This document shows positions 12,595 through 25,826 of a stretch of 64,000 bases of DNA, piece by piece; positions within the stretch are counted from its first letter, which is position 1, and each line of letters begins with the position of its first letter. The DNA is taken from assembly GCA_002269645.1 (NCBI GenBank), contig NIVC01002917.1, positions 66,213 through 130,212 on the forward strand. The letters run 5' to 3'. A program made the position numbers and the translations under genes. Source of the DNA: Macrostomum lignano. Its lineage: Eukaryota. The notes under the pieces were generated by a model. That model saw nothing but the letters and a program-made list of their open reading frames with translations. It ran no database searches and had not been told where the DNA came from.

Positions 12595-12874
12595 TTTATT
12601 ACACCTGCCCAAATGGGCAGAGGTGCAACCGACAGCTCAGCCGCAGCTATTGAACGGTGGCGCATCTCTGAAGGCTGCCCTGTTCGGGGTCGCCGCACAC
12701 ACCCTCAATTACACCCCAGCTAATGCTGGCACCCATTTTACAGCTGGGTGAACTGGAGAAATGCAGATTTAAGTGACTTGCTCATTGACACAGTTTGTTC
12801 CGAGTGGGTCGGGAATCGAGCCCCTGACCTTTCAGTCGTGAGTCCCACGCTCTCCACCTCTAGGCTACAACCCC
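12595..12874 (-). mobile_element. tRNA-derived CORE-SINE
   Basis: A-box TAGCCTAGAGG, B-box-like GGCTCGATTCC, CORE-like TGTGTC..GAGCAAGTCACTTAA..CAGTTCACCCAGCTGTAAAATGGG, family 3' tail. Confidence 0.85.
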
Positions 12875-13676
12875 TCTAGGCTGCAACCCCTCTAGGCTAC
12901 AACCCCTCTAGGCTGCAACCCCCTCTAGACTACAACCCCCTCTAGGCTACAACCCCTCTAGGCTACAACCCCCTCTAGGCTGCAACCCCCTCTAGGCTAC
13001 AACCCCCTCTAGGCTACAACCCCCTCTAGGCTACAACCCCTCTAGGCTACAACCCCCTCTAGGCTGCAACCCCCTCTAGGCTACAACCCCCTCTAGGCTA
13101 CAACCCCCTCTAGGCTACAACCCCTCTAGGCTACAACCCCTCTAGGCTGCAACCCCCTCTAGGCTACAACCCCCTCTAGGCTACAACCCCTCTAGGCTAC
13201 AACCCCTCTAGGCTGCAACCCCCTCTAGGCTACAACCCCTCTAGGCTGCAACCCCCTTTAGGCTGCAACCCCCTCTAGGCTGCAACCCCCTCTAGGCTAC
13301 AACCCCTCTAGGCTGCAACCCCCTCTAGGCTACAACCCCTCTAGGCTGCAACCCCCTCTAGGCTGCAATCCCCTCTAGGCTGCAATCCCCTCTAGGCTGC
13401 AACCTCCTGTAGGCTACAACCCCTCTAGGCTGCAACCGCCTCTAGCTGCAACCCCCTCTAGGCTGCAACCCCCTCTAGGCTACAACCTCCCCTAGGCTGC
13501 AACCTCCCCTAGGCTGCAACCCCCTCTAGGCTGCAACCCCCTCTAGGCTGCAACCCCCTCTAGGCTACAACCTCCCCTAGGCTACAACCTCCCCTAGGCT
13601 ACAACCCCCTCTAGGCTGCAACCCCCTCTAGGCTACAACCCCCTCTAGGCTGCAACCCTCTCTAGGCTACAACCCG
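12875..13676 (-). repeat. 17-18 bp tandem array (GGGGGTTGTAGCCTAGA)n, about 45 copies, equal to the SINE 5' terminus
   Basis: The unit matches the first 17 nt of the adjoining SINE and of the copies at 46153 and 62605. Confidence 0.93.
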
Positions 13677-13837
13677 TATTAATATATAATAAATACATGT
13701 AATATAATGATAATATTAGGCAATAGCTCTTAGCATTGTTGCAATTGTAAAGGACAAGCAGAGTAGTCGATGCACAGCTACAAACATACCACTCAATTAC
13801 TGGTAATGCAAAGCAATCTACTACTAATAGTACTTAC

Positions 13838-14362
13838 CTGTTCAGCTGCAGCTTGCTGATCAACCTTCGCATCTGAAATTGCATCCGCGTCAGTCTGTCC
13901 GTCTTCCGCAGTAGCACCAGCCTCATCTTCACTAGTAGCACCAGCATGCAGTGTTTCCGTGTCAGCGTCAGCCTCCGCGTCTGGATGAAGCGCCGCTAGC
14001 AGCTGCTCCAGGTGGTCGTCGAGCTCGACAGTGGGCACCAGCTGGCAGAGCGGGTGGCCCTCGAGTCCCGCCACGCTGTCCGCCGGGTCCTGCAGCGCCC
14101 GGGCGACAACCAGTCGGACGTGTTCGCCGCTCTGCCGGAGCACCGTGGCCACCTGCTCGCTGCTCATGCCGCGCACGCCGACTCCGCCGATGCAGACAAT
14201 GTGGTCGCCGGAGCGAAGGCGGCCGTCTTGATCGGCGATGCCGCCAGGCAGGATGGTGCGCACCACCACCCCGGTGCTCTTGCTGCCGATGATGCCGAAG
14301 CCGAGGCCCGTGCCGTCATTCAACAAGTCGACGACCTCGATCTCAGTCCAGTCGGTGTTCAG
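13838..14362 (-). CDS. MPDZ: MPDZ/Patj-like exon containing a complete PDZ domain (PDZ2 in vertebrate numbering)
   Basis: atccag|CTG...CAG|gtaagt, 525 nt, phase 0 to 0; [55 protein letters not shown]...[14 protein letters not shown] closely resembles MPDZ PDZ2 and insect Patj PDZ1. Confidence 0.95.
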
Positions 14363-14479
14363 CTGGATCGGTTCAAGTGGGGTGTTTGTGGTTTTGAATG
14401 CATGACGGATGCTGGCTCAGAATTTAACGACAATCCCAAGTTAAACAAGTTCGAAATCTTGCCGTTTTTAAATGAATGG

Positions 14480-14752
14480 TGAGTTGAGCTTTGACAGATT
14501 GGGAGAATGGTAATGACTGAGGAGAGTGACGGTTGTGACAGATAAGGAGAATAGTAAAGACTGAGGAGAGTGACAGTTGTGACAGATTGGGAGAATGGTA
14601 ATGACTGAGGAGAGTGACGGTTGTGACAGATAAGGAGAATAGTAAAGACTGTGGAGAGTGACATTTGTGACATATTTGGAGAATGGTAAAGACTGAGGAG
14701 AGTGACAGTTGTGACAGATTGGGAGAATGGTAAAGACTGAGGAGAGTGACAA
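14480..14752. repeat. 42-44 bp minisatellite (GACTGAGGAGAGTGACAGTTGTGACAGATTGGGAGAATGGTAAA)n, short block
   Basis: Same unit as 16345-17805. Confidence 0.92.
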
Positions 14753-15194
14753 AGAGTATCCCAGCGAACAGAAGGGTGACAGGAGCAACGAACTACTTTA
14801 GGAATTAAAAAATGAGCTAAGGTTAAAAATTACCCCTGGATTTTGGGGCGCCCGTCAATATGATGAATAAATTGCATCACAGTCCTTGACTTCTAAGAGC
14901 GCCATCGAAAAAAACCGACAGCTAAAATTCCTGTTTAACTATCAGCTTCCTCGTCTTACATCTTACAAGTGTACTTCAGAATTAATCAGCTGATTGAAGT
15001 TCCCAACCTCTCATTGTTGATTGTACGATTGCTTTCGTACACCGACAGTGAGAGATTTGTTTTGATATACAGAATTTTTAGTTTAGCGTCTTCTGACATT
15101 TTTAGTAATGAAAAGAAGAAGAAGAATAACTGCAGCAGAATTGTGGGCCCTGGTGCCAGCGCCTTCGGCGACATCCGTCCTGCAACCAGTGCCT

Positions 15195-15612
15195 TAGACT
15201 TTGGGGTCTAAGGCAACCAACCCCCCGTAGACTTTGGGTCTAAGGCAACCAACCCTTCGTAGACTTTGGGGTCTAAGGCAACCAACCCCCCCCGTAGACT
15301 TTGGGGTCTAAGGCAACCAACCCCCCCGTAGACTTTGGGGTCTAAGGCAACCAACCCTTCGTAGACTTTGGGGTCTAAGGCAACCAACCCCCCCGTAGAC
15401 TTTGGGGTCTAAGGCAACCAACCCCCCGTAGACTTTGGGGTCTAAGGCAACCAACCCCCCGTAGACTTTGGGGTCTAAGGCAACCAACCCCCCCGTAGAC
15501 TTTGGGGTCTAAGGCAACCAACCCCCCCGTAGACTTTGGGGTCTAAGGCAACCAACCCCCCCGTAGACTTTGGGGTCTAAGGCAACCAACCCCCCCCCGT
15601 AGACTTTGGGGT
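15195..15612. repeat. 32-35 bp minisatellite (CCCCCCGTAGACTTTGGGGTCTAAGGCAACCAA)n
   Basis: About 13 copies; internal TAGAC/GTCTA palindrome. Confidence 0.93.
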
Positions 15613-16198
15613 TTCCCCACTCTCGGACCGCTTTCCAAAATTTTTCGCGCGCACACTCGGGTTTTGTCGTTGGGGGGGGGGGTGTGGCGTGGACTCGGTC
15701 TAGCACCAGGCCTTGTTCCTGGTCCCAATCTGGGCCGCTCGGGCTATATGCTCTGACACCTGTTGAGTTGACTGGTTTGCCCAGTCACACGGGTACTTGA
15801 AAAGGAGACTCGTAAACCCTGATGATTTCTGGGCAAATTCATGCCTAAAGCAGTTATTGTGTGTGAGAGCCTGAATTCCATCCTTGCTCTGGTATCTCCA
15901 CGGTTGACTCCAAGGCGCCACTCGTAAAATGCTAATTTGTTCAGAAGTTATCCAGAAAATTTATTATTTTAGTGGGAGCGACTGAATCTAAATTTGGGTC
16001 AGTTTTTTCTCTATCCGTTCTGCAGGCTTTGAAGATTTCAGTTCATTCAGAGGGCAGGAGCTACATGGCTGGGAATCAATGGCAAACTAGCTGAGACAGT
16101 TCACAATGATTTATCGATTAGACTGGCAGGGAGGCGGCTGAAACTTGAGCTCAACCTACTGAGGTGGTCCACGCCAGATATTGCTCAGCGTTTTTTTA

Positions 16199-16240
16199 CT
16201 AGTGTAACGAGCGCCCGCACCGCTGCGCTTGTGGAAGATG
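16199..16240 (-). mobile_element. Helitron-like 3' terminus
   Basis: Minus strand reads AAGCGCAGCGGTGCGGGCGCTCGTTACACTAG|T: a GC hairpin followed by CTAG and T. Confidence 0.45.
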
Positions 16241-16344
16241 GATTGGCCCGCGAAGGACATTGACGTTGACAAAGTACAAGCTGACATTAACTAATTGGCT
16301 TTGCTTATGAGAGAGAATTGATTTCAGACATGAGTTGGAAACAT

Positions 16345-17805
16345 TAAGACTGACACAGAGTGACAGTTGTGACGGATAGGGAGAATGGTAAAGACTGAGG
16401 AGAGTGACATTTGTGACAGATTGGGAGAATGGTAGACTGAGGAGAGTGACAGTTGTGACGGATAGGGAGAATGGTAAAGACTGAGGAGAGTGACATTTGT
16501 GACAGATTGGGAGAATGGTAGACTGAGGAGAGTGACAGTTGTGACAGATTGGGAGAATGGTAGACTGAGGAGAGTGACATTTGTGACAGATTGGGAGAAT
16601 GGTAGACTGAGGAGAGTGACAGTTGTGACGGATAGGGAGAATGGTAAAGACTGAGGAGAGTGACATTTGTGACAGATTGGGAGAATGGTAGACTGAGGAG
16701 AGTGACAGTTGTGACGGATAGGGAGAATGGTAAAGACTGAGGAGAGTGACATTTGTGACAGATTGGGAGAATGGTAAAGACTGGGGAGAGTGACAGTTGT
16801 GACGGATAGGGAGAATGGTAAAGACTGAGGAGAGTGACATTTGTGACAGATTGGGAGAATGGTAAAGACTGGGGAGAGTGACAGTTGTGACAGATTGGGA
16901 GAATGGTAAAGACTGGGGAGAGTGACAGTTGTGACAGATTGGGAGAATGGTAGACTGAGGAGAGTGACAGTTGTGACAGATTGGGAGAATGGTAAAGACT
17001 GAGGAGAGTGACAGTTGTGACAGATTGGGAGAATGGTAGACTGGGGAGAGTGACAGTTGTGACAGATTGGGAGAATGGTAAAGACTGAGGAGAGTGACAT
17101 TTGTGACAGATTGGGAGAATGGTAAAGACTGGGGAGAGTGACAGTTGTGACGGATAGGGAGAATGGTAAAGACTGAGGAGAGTGACATTTGTGACAGATT
17201 GGGAGAATGGTAAAGACTGGGGAGAGTGACAGTTGTGACAGATTGGGAGAATGGTATACTGAGGAGAGTGACGGTTGTGACAGATTAGGAGAATGATAAA
17301 GACTGAGGAGAGTGACAGTTGTGACAGATTGGGAGAATGGTAAAGACTGAGGAGAGTGACAGTTGTGACAGATTGGGAGAATGGTAAAGACTGAGGAGAG
17401 TGACGGTGTGACAGATAAGGAGAATTATAAAGACTGTGGAGAGTGACAGTTGTGACAGATTGGGAGAATGGTAAAGACTGGGGAGAGTGACAGTTGTGAC
17501 AGATTGGGAGAATAGTAAAGACTGAGGAGAGTGACAGTTGTGACAGATTGGGAGAATGGTAGACTGAGGAGAGTGACAGTTGTGACAGATTGGGAGAATG
17601 GTAAAGACTGAGGAGAGTGACAGTTGTGACAGATTGGGAGAATGGTAAAGACTGGGGAGAGAGAAAGTTGTGACAGCTTAGAAGAATGGTAAAGACTGGG
17701 GAGAGTGACATTTGTGACAGATTAGGAGGATGGTAATGATTGAGGAGAGTGATAGTTCTGAGAGATTGGGAGAATGGTAAAGACTGGGGAGAGTGACAGT
17801 TGTTG
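16345..17805. repeat. 42-44 bp minisatellite, main block of about 33 copies
   Basis: Directly visible; source of the ILPICHNCHSPQS ORFs. Confidence 0.96.
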
Positions 17806-19232
17806 AGGGGAGATGAGGATGATGCTCAAGGTGAAGTATTTCCCAACCAAATGTTTTAGCTACCTGGGCTTTAATTTAAAACAAAAATTTTAATAATGCA
17901 AGCGTCAGCCTAATTTGCAGTCAAGCATGCCCCGGAACAATGGACAAAATAAAAAAACACATTTAGCACTGCGGCCAACGCTGCTCCCCAGAGCACGCTG
18001 CATTATTTAGCAAGGACGGGTCCCGGTGATAACTGACTCTGTTTTTTTTGGCTTTTCAATCGACCGCCCCAGCCAGCGGAATCGAGTTACTCAATGCATC
18101 GCTTTCAACTCGCTATGACCGCCTCTTTGGGCTGCAGTCGGTTTCCGTTCGACTAGTCGCCAGTGTGCAGACTCCGAGTGTGACTTCACTCGGACGCCAC
18201 GGTCTACAGTAGGTAGTTTTTAAATGTACTACAGCCGCTGCAGCTCAGCGATTGAGGCGGGGGGTGGGGTGGGGGGGGCTTTTGGAAAATCAGTGAGTCG
18301 CGAATGCTCAGGAAGAGAGGCCGGAGTGAGAGGATGGAGCAGGAACAGTCGGGTATGGGACTGAGGCTTGGGCGCGCAGGGTAGTGCCGCAGAGAGAGGA
18401 AGTTTTTGACGATGTAGAGTGGGCTGCGGGGCGGCCACACAACAACTCAGCTCGCTGAGGTGAGGCAAGGAGGCCGGTGAGCAGAACTTGGAGTGTAACA
18501 GCTCATCGCCAAGACAAGAAGTTTCAGCCAAATGCAGGCAAAATTATGCATTATTTTGCTACTAAATGGCTTTGGTAGAATCGAATTTTGTGTACTTGAT
18601 CCGATTTTGAAGCCAAATAAATTACCAGCGATGATCCGTGAGCTTTTCGGTACAAAATGTTCAATAGCTTTTAGCTTTGAACAAACCAAATATATTTCTG
18701 AAAGCAGAAGCCTGTCTGTTATTTGTGTATAAACTGTAAAACTGCGAGTTACTCCACGCTCTGGTTCTCATAGGCCTCCTTGGGTGAGCTCCGGCTTGGA
18801 AACATGAGAGGGGGGCGGGAGGCTGAAGGGGAAGTCCGCTGTGCCCTCCCGGCTCCATCCAGCCTGCACTCATTTTCGAACTCTAGCTAGCCAGCCTGAG
18901 GCTAAAGGGGAAGAGGCTAAGGGGGAGAGAAGGGCGGCAGACTTAGCATAATTATGTTATCGATTGATTGAAGCCGCGGTCAGGTGGCCGAACTGCAGAG
19001 CCGCCATGCAGGGCCACAGCAGGTGCAAAGAAAGAAGCAAAGACGGCTCCTGGTCTCAGCTTCTCGCGGTTGCTCAGGGGGAGAGAGAAATGAGGAGAAC
19101 TCAAGCCAAGAGGCCAGGATTATTGACAATTTCTATATTTACTCACTTCTTGATTGTCCCAGTGCCTTGCTTGTAAATCATTTTTGCTACTATTTTCGAA
19201 CTCAAGGACATGGACTTTCATTTCATTCCGAA

Positions 19233-19503
19233 CGGCTAGAGCGTTGGCTCACGACTGAAAGGTCTGAAGTTCGATTCCCGAACCACTCGGAACAAGCTGT
19301 GTCCTTGAGCAAAACACTTAGCTCTGCATTTGCTTCAGTTCACCCAGCTGTAAAATGGGTGCCAGCATTAGCTGGGGTAATTGAGGGTGTGTGACGACCC
19401 CCCAGTCCTTGGACTGAACAGCCGTACGCAGCCTTCAGATGCTCCATGCCACCGTTCAATAGCTGCGGCTGAGCTGTCGGCTGCATACTATTATTATTAC
19501 TAC
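19233..19503 (+). mobile_element. tRNA-derived CORE-SINE, 5'-truncated, (ATT)n tail
   Basis: B-box AGTTCGATTCC, CORE segment, family 3' domain, TATTATTATTAC tail. Confidence 0.88.
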
Positions 19504-20490
19504 TAAAACATCGCGCTGAAGGTCCTGAAGTATCCAACAAGCTGATGATGAAGCACAAAACCATCGAAGTCCATGAAATCAATGAAGTGTGTTTGACACT
19601 GTTGTCGACAAGGAATGTCTCAATTATCTTGGACTCCACTGACTTGAATGATGGGTGCAAGATTGCGGAATAAGCAAACCTCTAGAAGTACTTCGGAGTA
19701 CATCGCACCGCACGAACACGAAAAATGAGAATGAACACAGGCATGCCCTAGGCTACGGTGCGGCATCGGTACTGGAGTGTGGAGAGAAGTGCGAGCATGG
19801 GACGGGAGACGAGAGACGGGGAGCAAACAGATGCTGGAGGTCGGAGAGCCTCCCAGCTTCCCATCGGAAGCAGTTCAGTCAGGGAAGTCTTCCTACTTCC
19901 GCTCTAAGGAAGGTTAGAAGTCGAGACGTCAATCAGAGACGGTTTGTGCCATTTTAACCCCCCCCAACCCCGAGCAGGAAAGCAAAGAAAGGGATATTCT
20001 CCCATCAGTTCGAATTTGTTTGCGAGCGCTCAGCTGGGGGTGGGGAATGGCGGCTCAGTCATAATCTCTTCTCCTTCACATCCGCGTTGCCAAGGGGAAT
20101 TAATTACCTGGGAATCGTTTGGACTCAAAGCTGACCGAATCGCGCTAGCCGAAAGCGCTCCGTGGCATGCCGGGCTGATCGAATTCTCTCTCTGACTCTC
20201 TTTCCGTTCTGACTCCGTCTCACCCAGCCTCCTCCGTCCCCTCTCCCCTCGCCATCTTTCCGCAAAGGAAACCGCTGATGCAGTTCAGCATTTTCTATAT
20301 ATTTTCTCTGGCCAAGCATTTACAGCTCCCGTCCATCTGCTGCTCAGAAGGAAAAGAAGAAGAAGGGGAAGGCCAGAAGACTGAATCAGAAAGAGCCGCG
20401 ATGGAGAGTATAGGGCGGCGATGAGGCGCTGAGGCTGAAAGCTTTGGCTTTGGCCCGTCAGGATTAAAGTTATAGTGAGTGCCGCTGGGC

Positions 20491-20527
20491 CCGCCTCGGA
20501 GGCCGAGCGGACGGCGGCTTTGCTAGT
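20491..20527 (+). mobile_element. Helitron-like 3' terminus
   Basis: CCGCCTCGGAGGCCGAGCGG hairpin, 12-nt spacer, then CTAG|T at 20523-20527. No 5' end identified. Confidence 0.4.
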
Positions 20528-20709
20528 AAAGACCCAGGTTAGAAATATGGACTAACATATTTCTGAGTAAAGTAGCTGATAGAAAACCGACACGGTCCTG
20601 TAAAATGTTTTTTTTAAATTAATTCGTTCGTCCCAGCAGCCAGCGAGGACGAGAGGCCGGACTGGCTCAGCAGTACCGTCCGGCTCTAACGTTTCTGCCC
20701 CACTTTGAC

Positions 20710-21860
<1,151 letters not shown>

Positions 21861-21911
21861 CAATATTAAGTTTCAAAGTGTGAACCCCTAATTAGTTTGG
21901 CTACGCCACTG

Positions 21912-21963
21912 GAATCGAACACGGGACTTTAGTAAGAGGTTTAGAGCTTTACCACCCCACTAC
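21912..21963 (-). mobile_element. Degenerate tRNA-like SINE head, truncated after the B-box by a CAGTGGCGTAGC transposon-like end
   Basis: Minus strand reads GTAGTGGGGTGGTAAAG...GTGTTCGATTC|CAGTGGCGTAGC. Confidence 0.4.
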
Positions 21964-22479
21964 AAACTTGCGCTGCGTCGCTATATCATTGCTGCCATTT
22001 TCTTCTAGAAGAGTTCCTTGCTAAAAAATATCCAGCCAGCAGATTCTGTTGACTGCGCGCAGGAAACGCAGTTGAAGCCGCTCTCACCAGACCGCCACAC
22101 TTTCTCAATCTTCATCCTCTCGAGTTCGAGCATTTTCATCTCTTTCTCTCTTCCCTTACACCCCTCATCTCCCTCTCACTTCAGTTTTTTAAGTCTTCCT
22201 GGCCTGCCAATTAAGCTTTCATTTTAACGAACACGGAGAGGGCAAGGGTGGCTCCCAGGGGGGCAGCTGGGGTAGAGAGAGACTGGGCGAGCGAGCTAGA
22301 TTTAGACGCCGCTGGTGGACTCTAAAGTGCATGGCAACAGTCGAAAAAAATAATCTCTTTCCTGGCCACGCCTGGCAGTTTGCCCTATTTGAGGGTCCAG
22401 GTGAGACATGGGGTCTTCAAGCCACAGTATCTAAAGTCTGAGTCTTATAGTCACATTCTGGATGGAGGCATCACATTCA

Positions 22480-23352
22480 GGATAGAGGCGCCACATTCGG
22501 GATAGAGGCGCCACATTCGGGATAGAGGCGCCACATTCGGGATAGAGGCGCCACATTCGGGATAGAGGCGCCACATTCGGGATAGAGGCGCCACATTCGG
22601 GATAGAGGCGCCACATTCGGGATAGAGGCGCCACATTCGGGATAGAGGCGCCACATTCGGATAGAGGCGCCACATTCGGGATAGAGGCGCCACATTCGGG
22701 ATAGAGGCGCCACATTCGGGATAGAGGCGCCACATTCGGGATAGAGGCGCCACATTCAGAATAGAGGCGCCACATTCGGGATAGAGATGCCAAATTCGGG
22801 ATAGAGGCGCCACATTCGGGATAGAGGCGCCACATTCGGGATAGAGATGCCAAATTCGGGATAGAGATGCCAAATTCGGGATAGAGGCGCCAAATTCGGG
22901 ATAGAGGCGCCACATTCGGGATAGAGGCGCCACATTCGGGATAGAGATGCCACATTCGGGATAGAGGCGCCACATTCGGGATAGAGATGCCACATTCGGG
23001 ATAGAGGCGCCACATTCGGGATAGAGATGCCACATTCGGGATAGAGATGCCAAATTCGGGATAGAGATGCCAAATTCGGGATAGAGATGCCACATTCGGG
23101 ATAGAGATGCCAAATTCGGGATAGAGATGCCAAATTCGGGATAGAGGCGCCACGTTCGGGATAGAGATGCCAAATTCGGGATAGAGATGCCAAATTCGGG
23201 ATAGAGATGCCACATTCGGGATAGAGATGCCACATTCGGGATAGAGATGCCAAATTCGGGATAGAGGCGCCACATTCGGGATAGAGATGCCACATTCGGG
23301 ATAGAGATGCCACATTCGGGATAGAGATGCCACATTCGGGATAGAGATGCCG
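22480..23352. repeat. 20-bp minisatellite (CACATTCGGGATAGAGGCGC)n grading into an AGATGC/CAAATT variant
   Basis: About 43 copies; source of the repetitive tail of ORF 22431-23912. Confidence 0.96.
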
Positions 23353-23426
23353 CAATAGATGATCAGTGCCGCCACCAGAGTCGTCGCTGGCTTCGAAGCT
23401 CCGCTGACAACCCTGGACGGACTCAC

Positions 23427-23920
23427 CTCGGCGCAGCGGCAAGGCGTCAGGTGGCAGTCGGCATTCCGCAGGATGCATTTCGGCCGCGTGTGACGAATCT
23501 TTCTAAACCCGTCGGCCGTTGTCGTGATGATGGAGGATCCTGGCGAGCTTTCGTGCCAGTCCTCGGACGAAGCATCGGCGGCGACGCCAGCTGAGGCAGA
23601 GGCGGAGCCAGCTTCAAGGACGTGCGTCGCGGAAGCGGACAGCGGCGGGTTGAATTGAAATCGGGCCATTGGACTGGCGTCCGCCGCTGCCGCCGCCGCC
23701 GACGCCGCCGCCGCAGTGAGGCGATCGTCCCAGCTTTTCCGGCGAACCCGGAGGCTCTCGCGCAGAGCGGAATTCCGGCGCGACTCAAGTGGCGTCCCCA
23801 TCACCATCACTGACTGGCGGCGCCGCTCCGCCTCCCGGCGCCGGTGCCAAATCAGCCCCATCGCCGCCACGGCGCTTACCCCAGCGACGTCGTTCACTGA
23901 GTCGTCGAGCATGCCGACGC
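23427..23920 (-). CDS. Candidate 5' coding exon of the PDZ gene (Ala/Ser/Arg-rich, no recognised domain)
   Basis: ccccccaag|GC...GAG|gtgagt, 494 nt, phase 1 to 0, open and GC3-rich; the phase-0 end fits the exon at 14362. Linkage to the PDZ exons is inferred. Confidence 0.6.
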
Positions 23921-23939
23921 CTTGGGGGGATGGATAGGT

Positions 23940-25692
23940 CTTTGTCTAGGTCTCTAGGTAGGTGTGTAGGTAAATTCTAGGTCTTTGTGTCTGACTGAGT
24001 CTAGGTCTGTGTGTCTGATCGATTCTAGGTCTTTGTGTCTGACTGAGTCTAGGTCTTTGTGTCTGATCGATTCTAGGTCTTTGTGTCTGACTGATTCTAA
24101 GTCTTTGTGTCTGACTGAGTCTAGGTCTGTGTGTCTGATCGATTCTAGGTCTTTGTGTCTGACTGAGTCTAGGTCTTTGTGTCTGATCGATTCTAGGTCT
24201 GTGTGTCTGACTGATTCTAGGTCTTTGTGTCTGACTGAGTCTAGGTCTTTGTGTCTGACTGAATCTAGGTCTGTGTGTCTGACCGATTCTAGGTCTTTGT
24301 GTCTGACTGAGTCTAGGTCTGTGTGTCTGACCGATTCTAGGTCTTTGTGTCTGACTGATTCTAGGTCTGTGTGTCTGACCGATTCTAGGTCTGTGTGTCT
24401 GACCGATTCTAGGTCTGTGTGTCTGACCGATTCTAGGTCTGTGTGTCTGACCGATTCTAGGTCTTTGTGTCTGACCGATTCTAGGTCTGTGTGTCTGACC
24501 GATTCTAGGTCTTGTCTTTGTGTCTGACCGATTCTAGGTCTGTGTGTCTGACCGATTCTAGGTCTTGTCTTTGTGTCTGACCGATTCTGGGTCTTTGTGT
24601 CTGACCGATTCTAGGTCTGTGTGTCTGACCGATTCTGGGTCTTTGTGTCTGACCGATTCTAGGTCTTTGTGTCTGACCGATTCTGGGTCTGTGTGTCTGA
24701 CCGATTCTAGGTCTGTGTGTCTGACCGATTCTAGGTCTGTGTGTCTGACCGATTCTAGGTCTGTGTGTCTGACCGATTCTAGGTCTTTGTTTTTACTGAT
24801 TCTGGGTCTGTGTGTCTGACCGATTCTGGGTCTTTGTGTCTGACCGATTCTAGGTCTGTGTGTCTGACCGATTCTAGGTCTGTGTGTCTGACCGATTCTG
24901 GGTCTGTGTGTCTGACCGATTCTAGGTCTGTGTGTCTGACCGATTCTAGGTCTTTGTGTCTGACCGATTCTAGGTCTTTGTGTCTGACCGATTCTAGGTC
25001 TGTGTGTCTGACCGATTCTAGGTCTGTGTGTCTGACCGATTCTAGGTCTTTGTGTCTGACCGATTCTAGGTCTTTGTGTCTGACCGATTCTAGGTCTGTG
25101 TGTCTGACCGATTCTAGGTCTGTGTGTCTGACCGATTCTGGGTCTGTGTGTCTGACCGATTCTAGGTCTGTGTGTCTGACCGATTCTAGGTCTTTGTGTC
25201 TGACCGATTCTAGGTCTGTGTGTCTGACCGATTCTAGGTCTGTGTGTCTGACCGATTCTAAGTCTGTGTGTCTGACCGATTCTAGGTCTTTGTGTCTGAC
25301 CGATTCTAGGTCTGTGTGTCTGACCGATTCTAGGTCTGTGTGTCTGACCGATTCTAGGTCTGTGTGTCTGACCGATTCTAGGTCTGTGTGTCTGACCGAT
25401 TCTGGGTCTTTGTGTCTGACCGATTCTAGGTCTTTGTGTCTGACCGATTCTGGGTCTGTGTGTCTGACCGATTCTAGGTCTTTGTTTTTACTGATTCTGG
25501 GTCTGTGTGTCTGACCGATTCTGGGTCTTTGTGTCTGACCGATTCTAGGTCTGTGTGTCTGACCGATTCTAGGTCTGTGTGTCTGACCGATTCTAGGTCT
25601 TTGTGTCTGACCGATTCTGGGTCTTTGTGTCTGACCGATTCTAGGTCTGTGTGTCCGACTGATTCTAGGTCTTTGTGTCTGACTGAGTCTAG
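23940..25692. repeat. 24-bp minisatellite (CTAGGTCTGTGTGTCTGACCGATT)n, about 72 copies
   Basis: Directly visible; source of the CLTDSRSV ORFs; ends about 20 bp from the acceptor at 23921. Confidence 0.97.
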
Positions 25693-25716
25693 GTTCTTAT
25701 TTCTTGCGACTTAAGC

Positions 25717-25826
25717 TAGGGGTCGGCAAACTCCGGCCCGCTAAACCTCTCTATCCGGCTCTCGGGTCCTTTGAAACTCTGAAACCATCCTTAAAGCATC
25801 TTTGTTATTTAGTTTGCCAACCCCTG
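25717..25826. mobile_element. hAT (Charlie-like) MITE, 110 bp
   Basis: TIRs TAGGGGTCGGCAAACT and AGTTTGCCAACCCCTG; the 8-bp flanks ACTTAAGC and ACCTGGGT differ only by transitions (possible old TSD). Confidence 0.7.
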
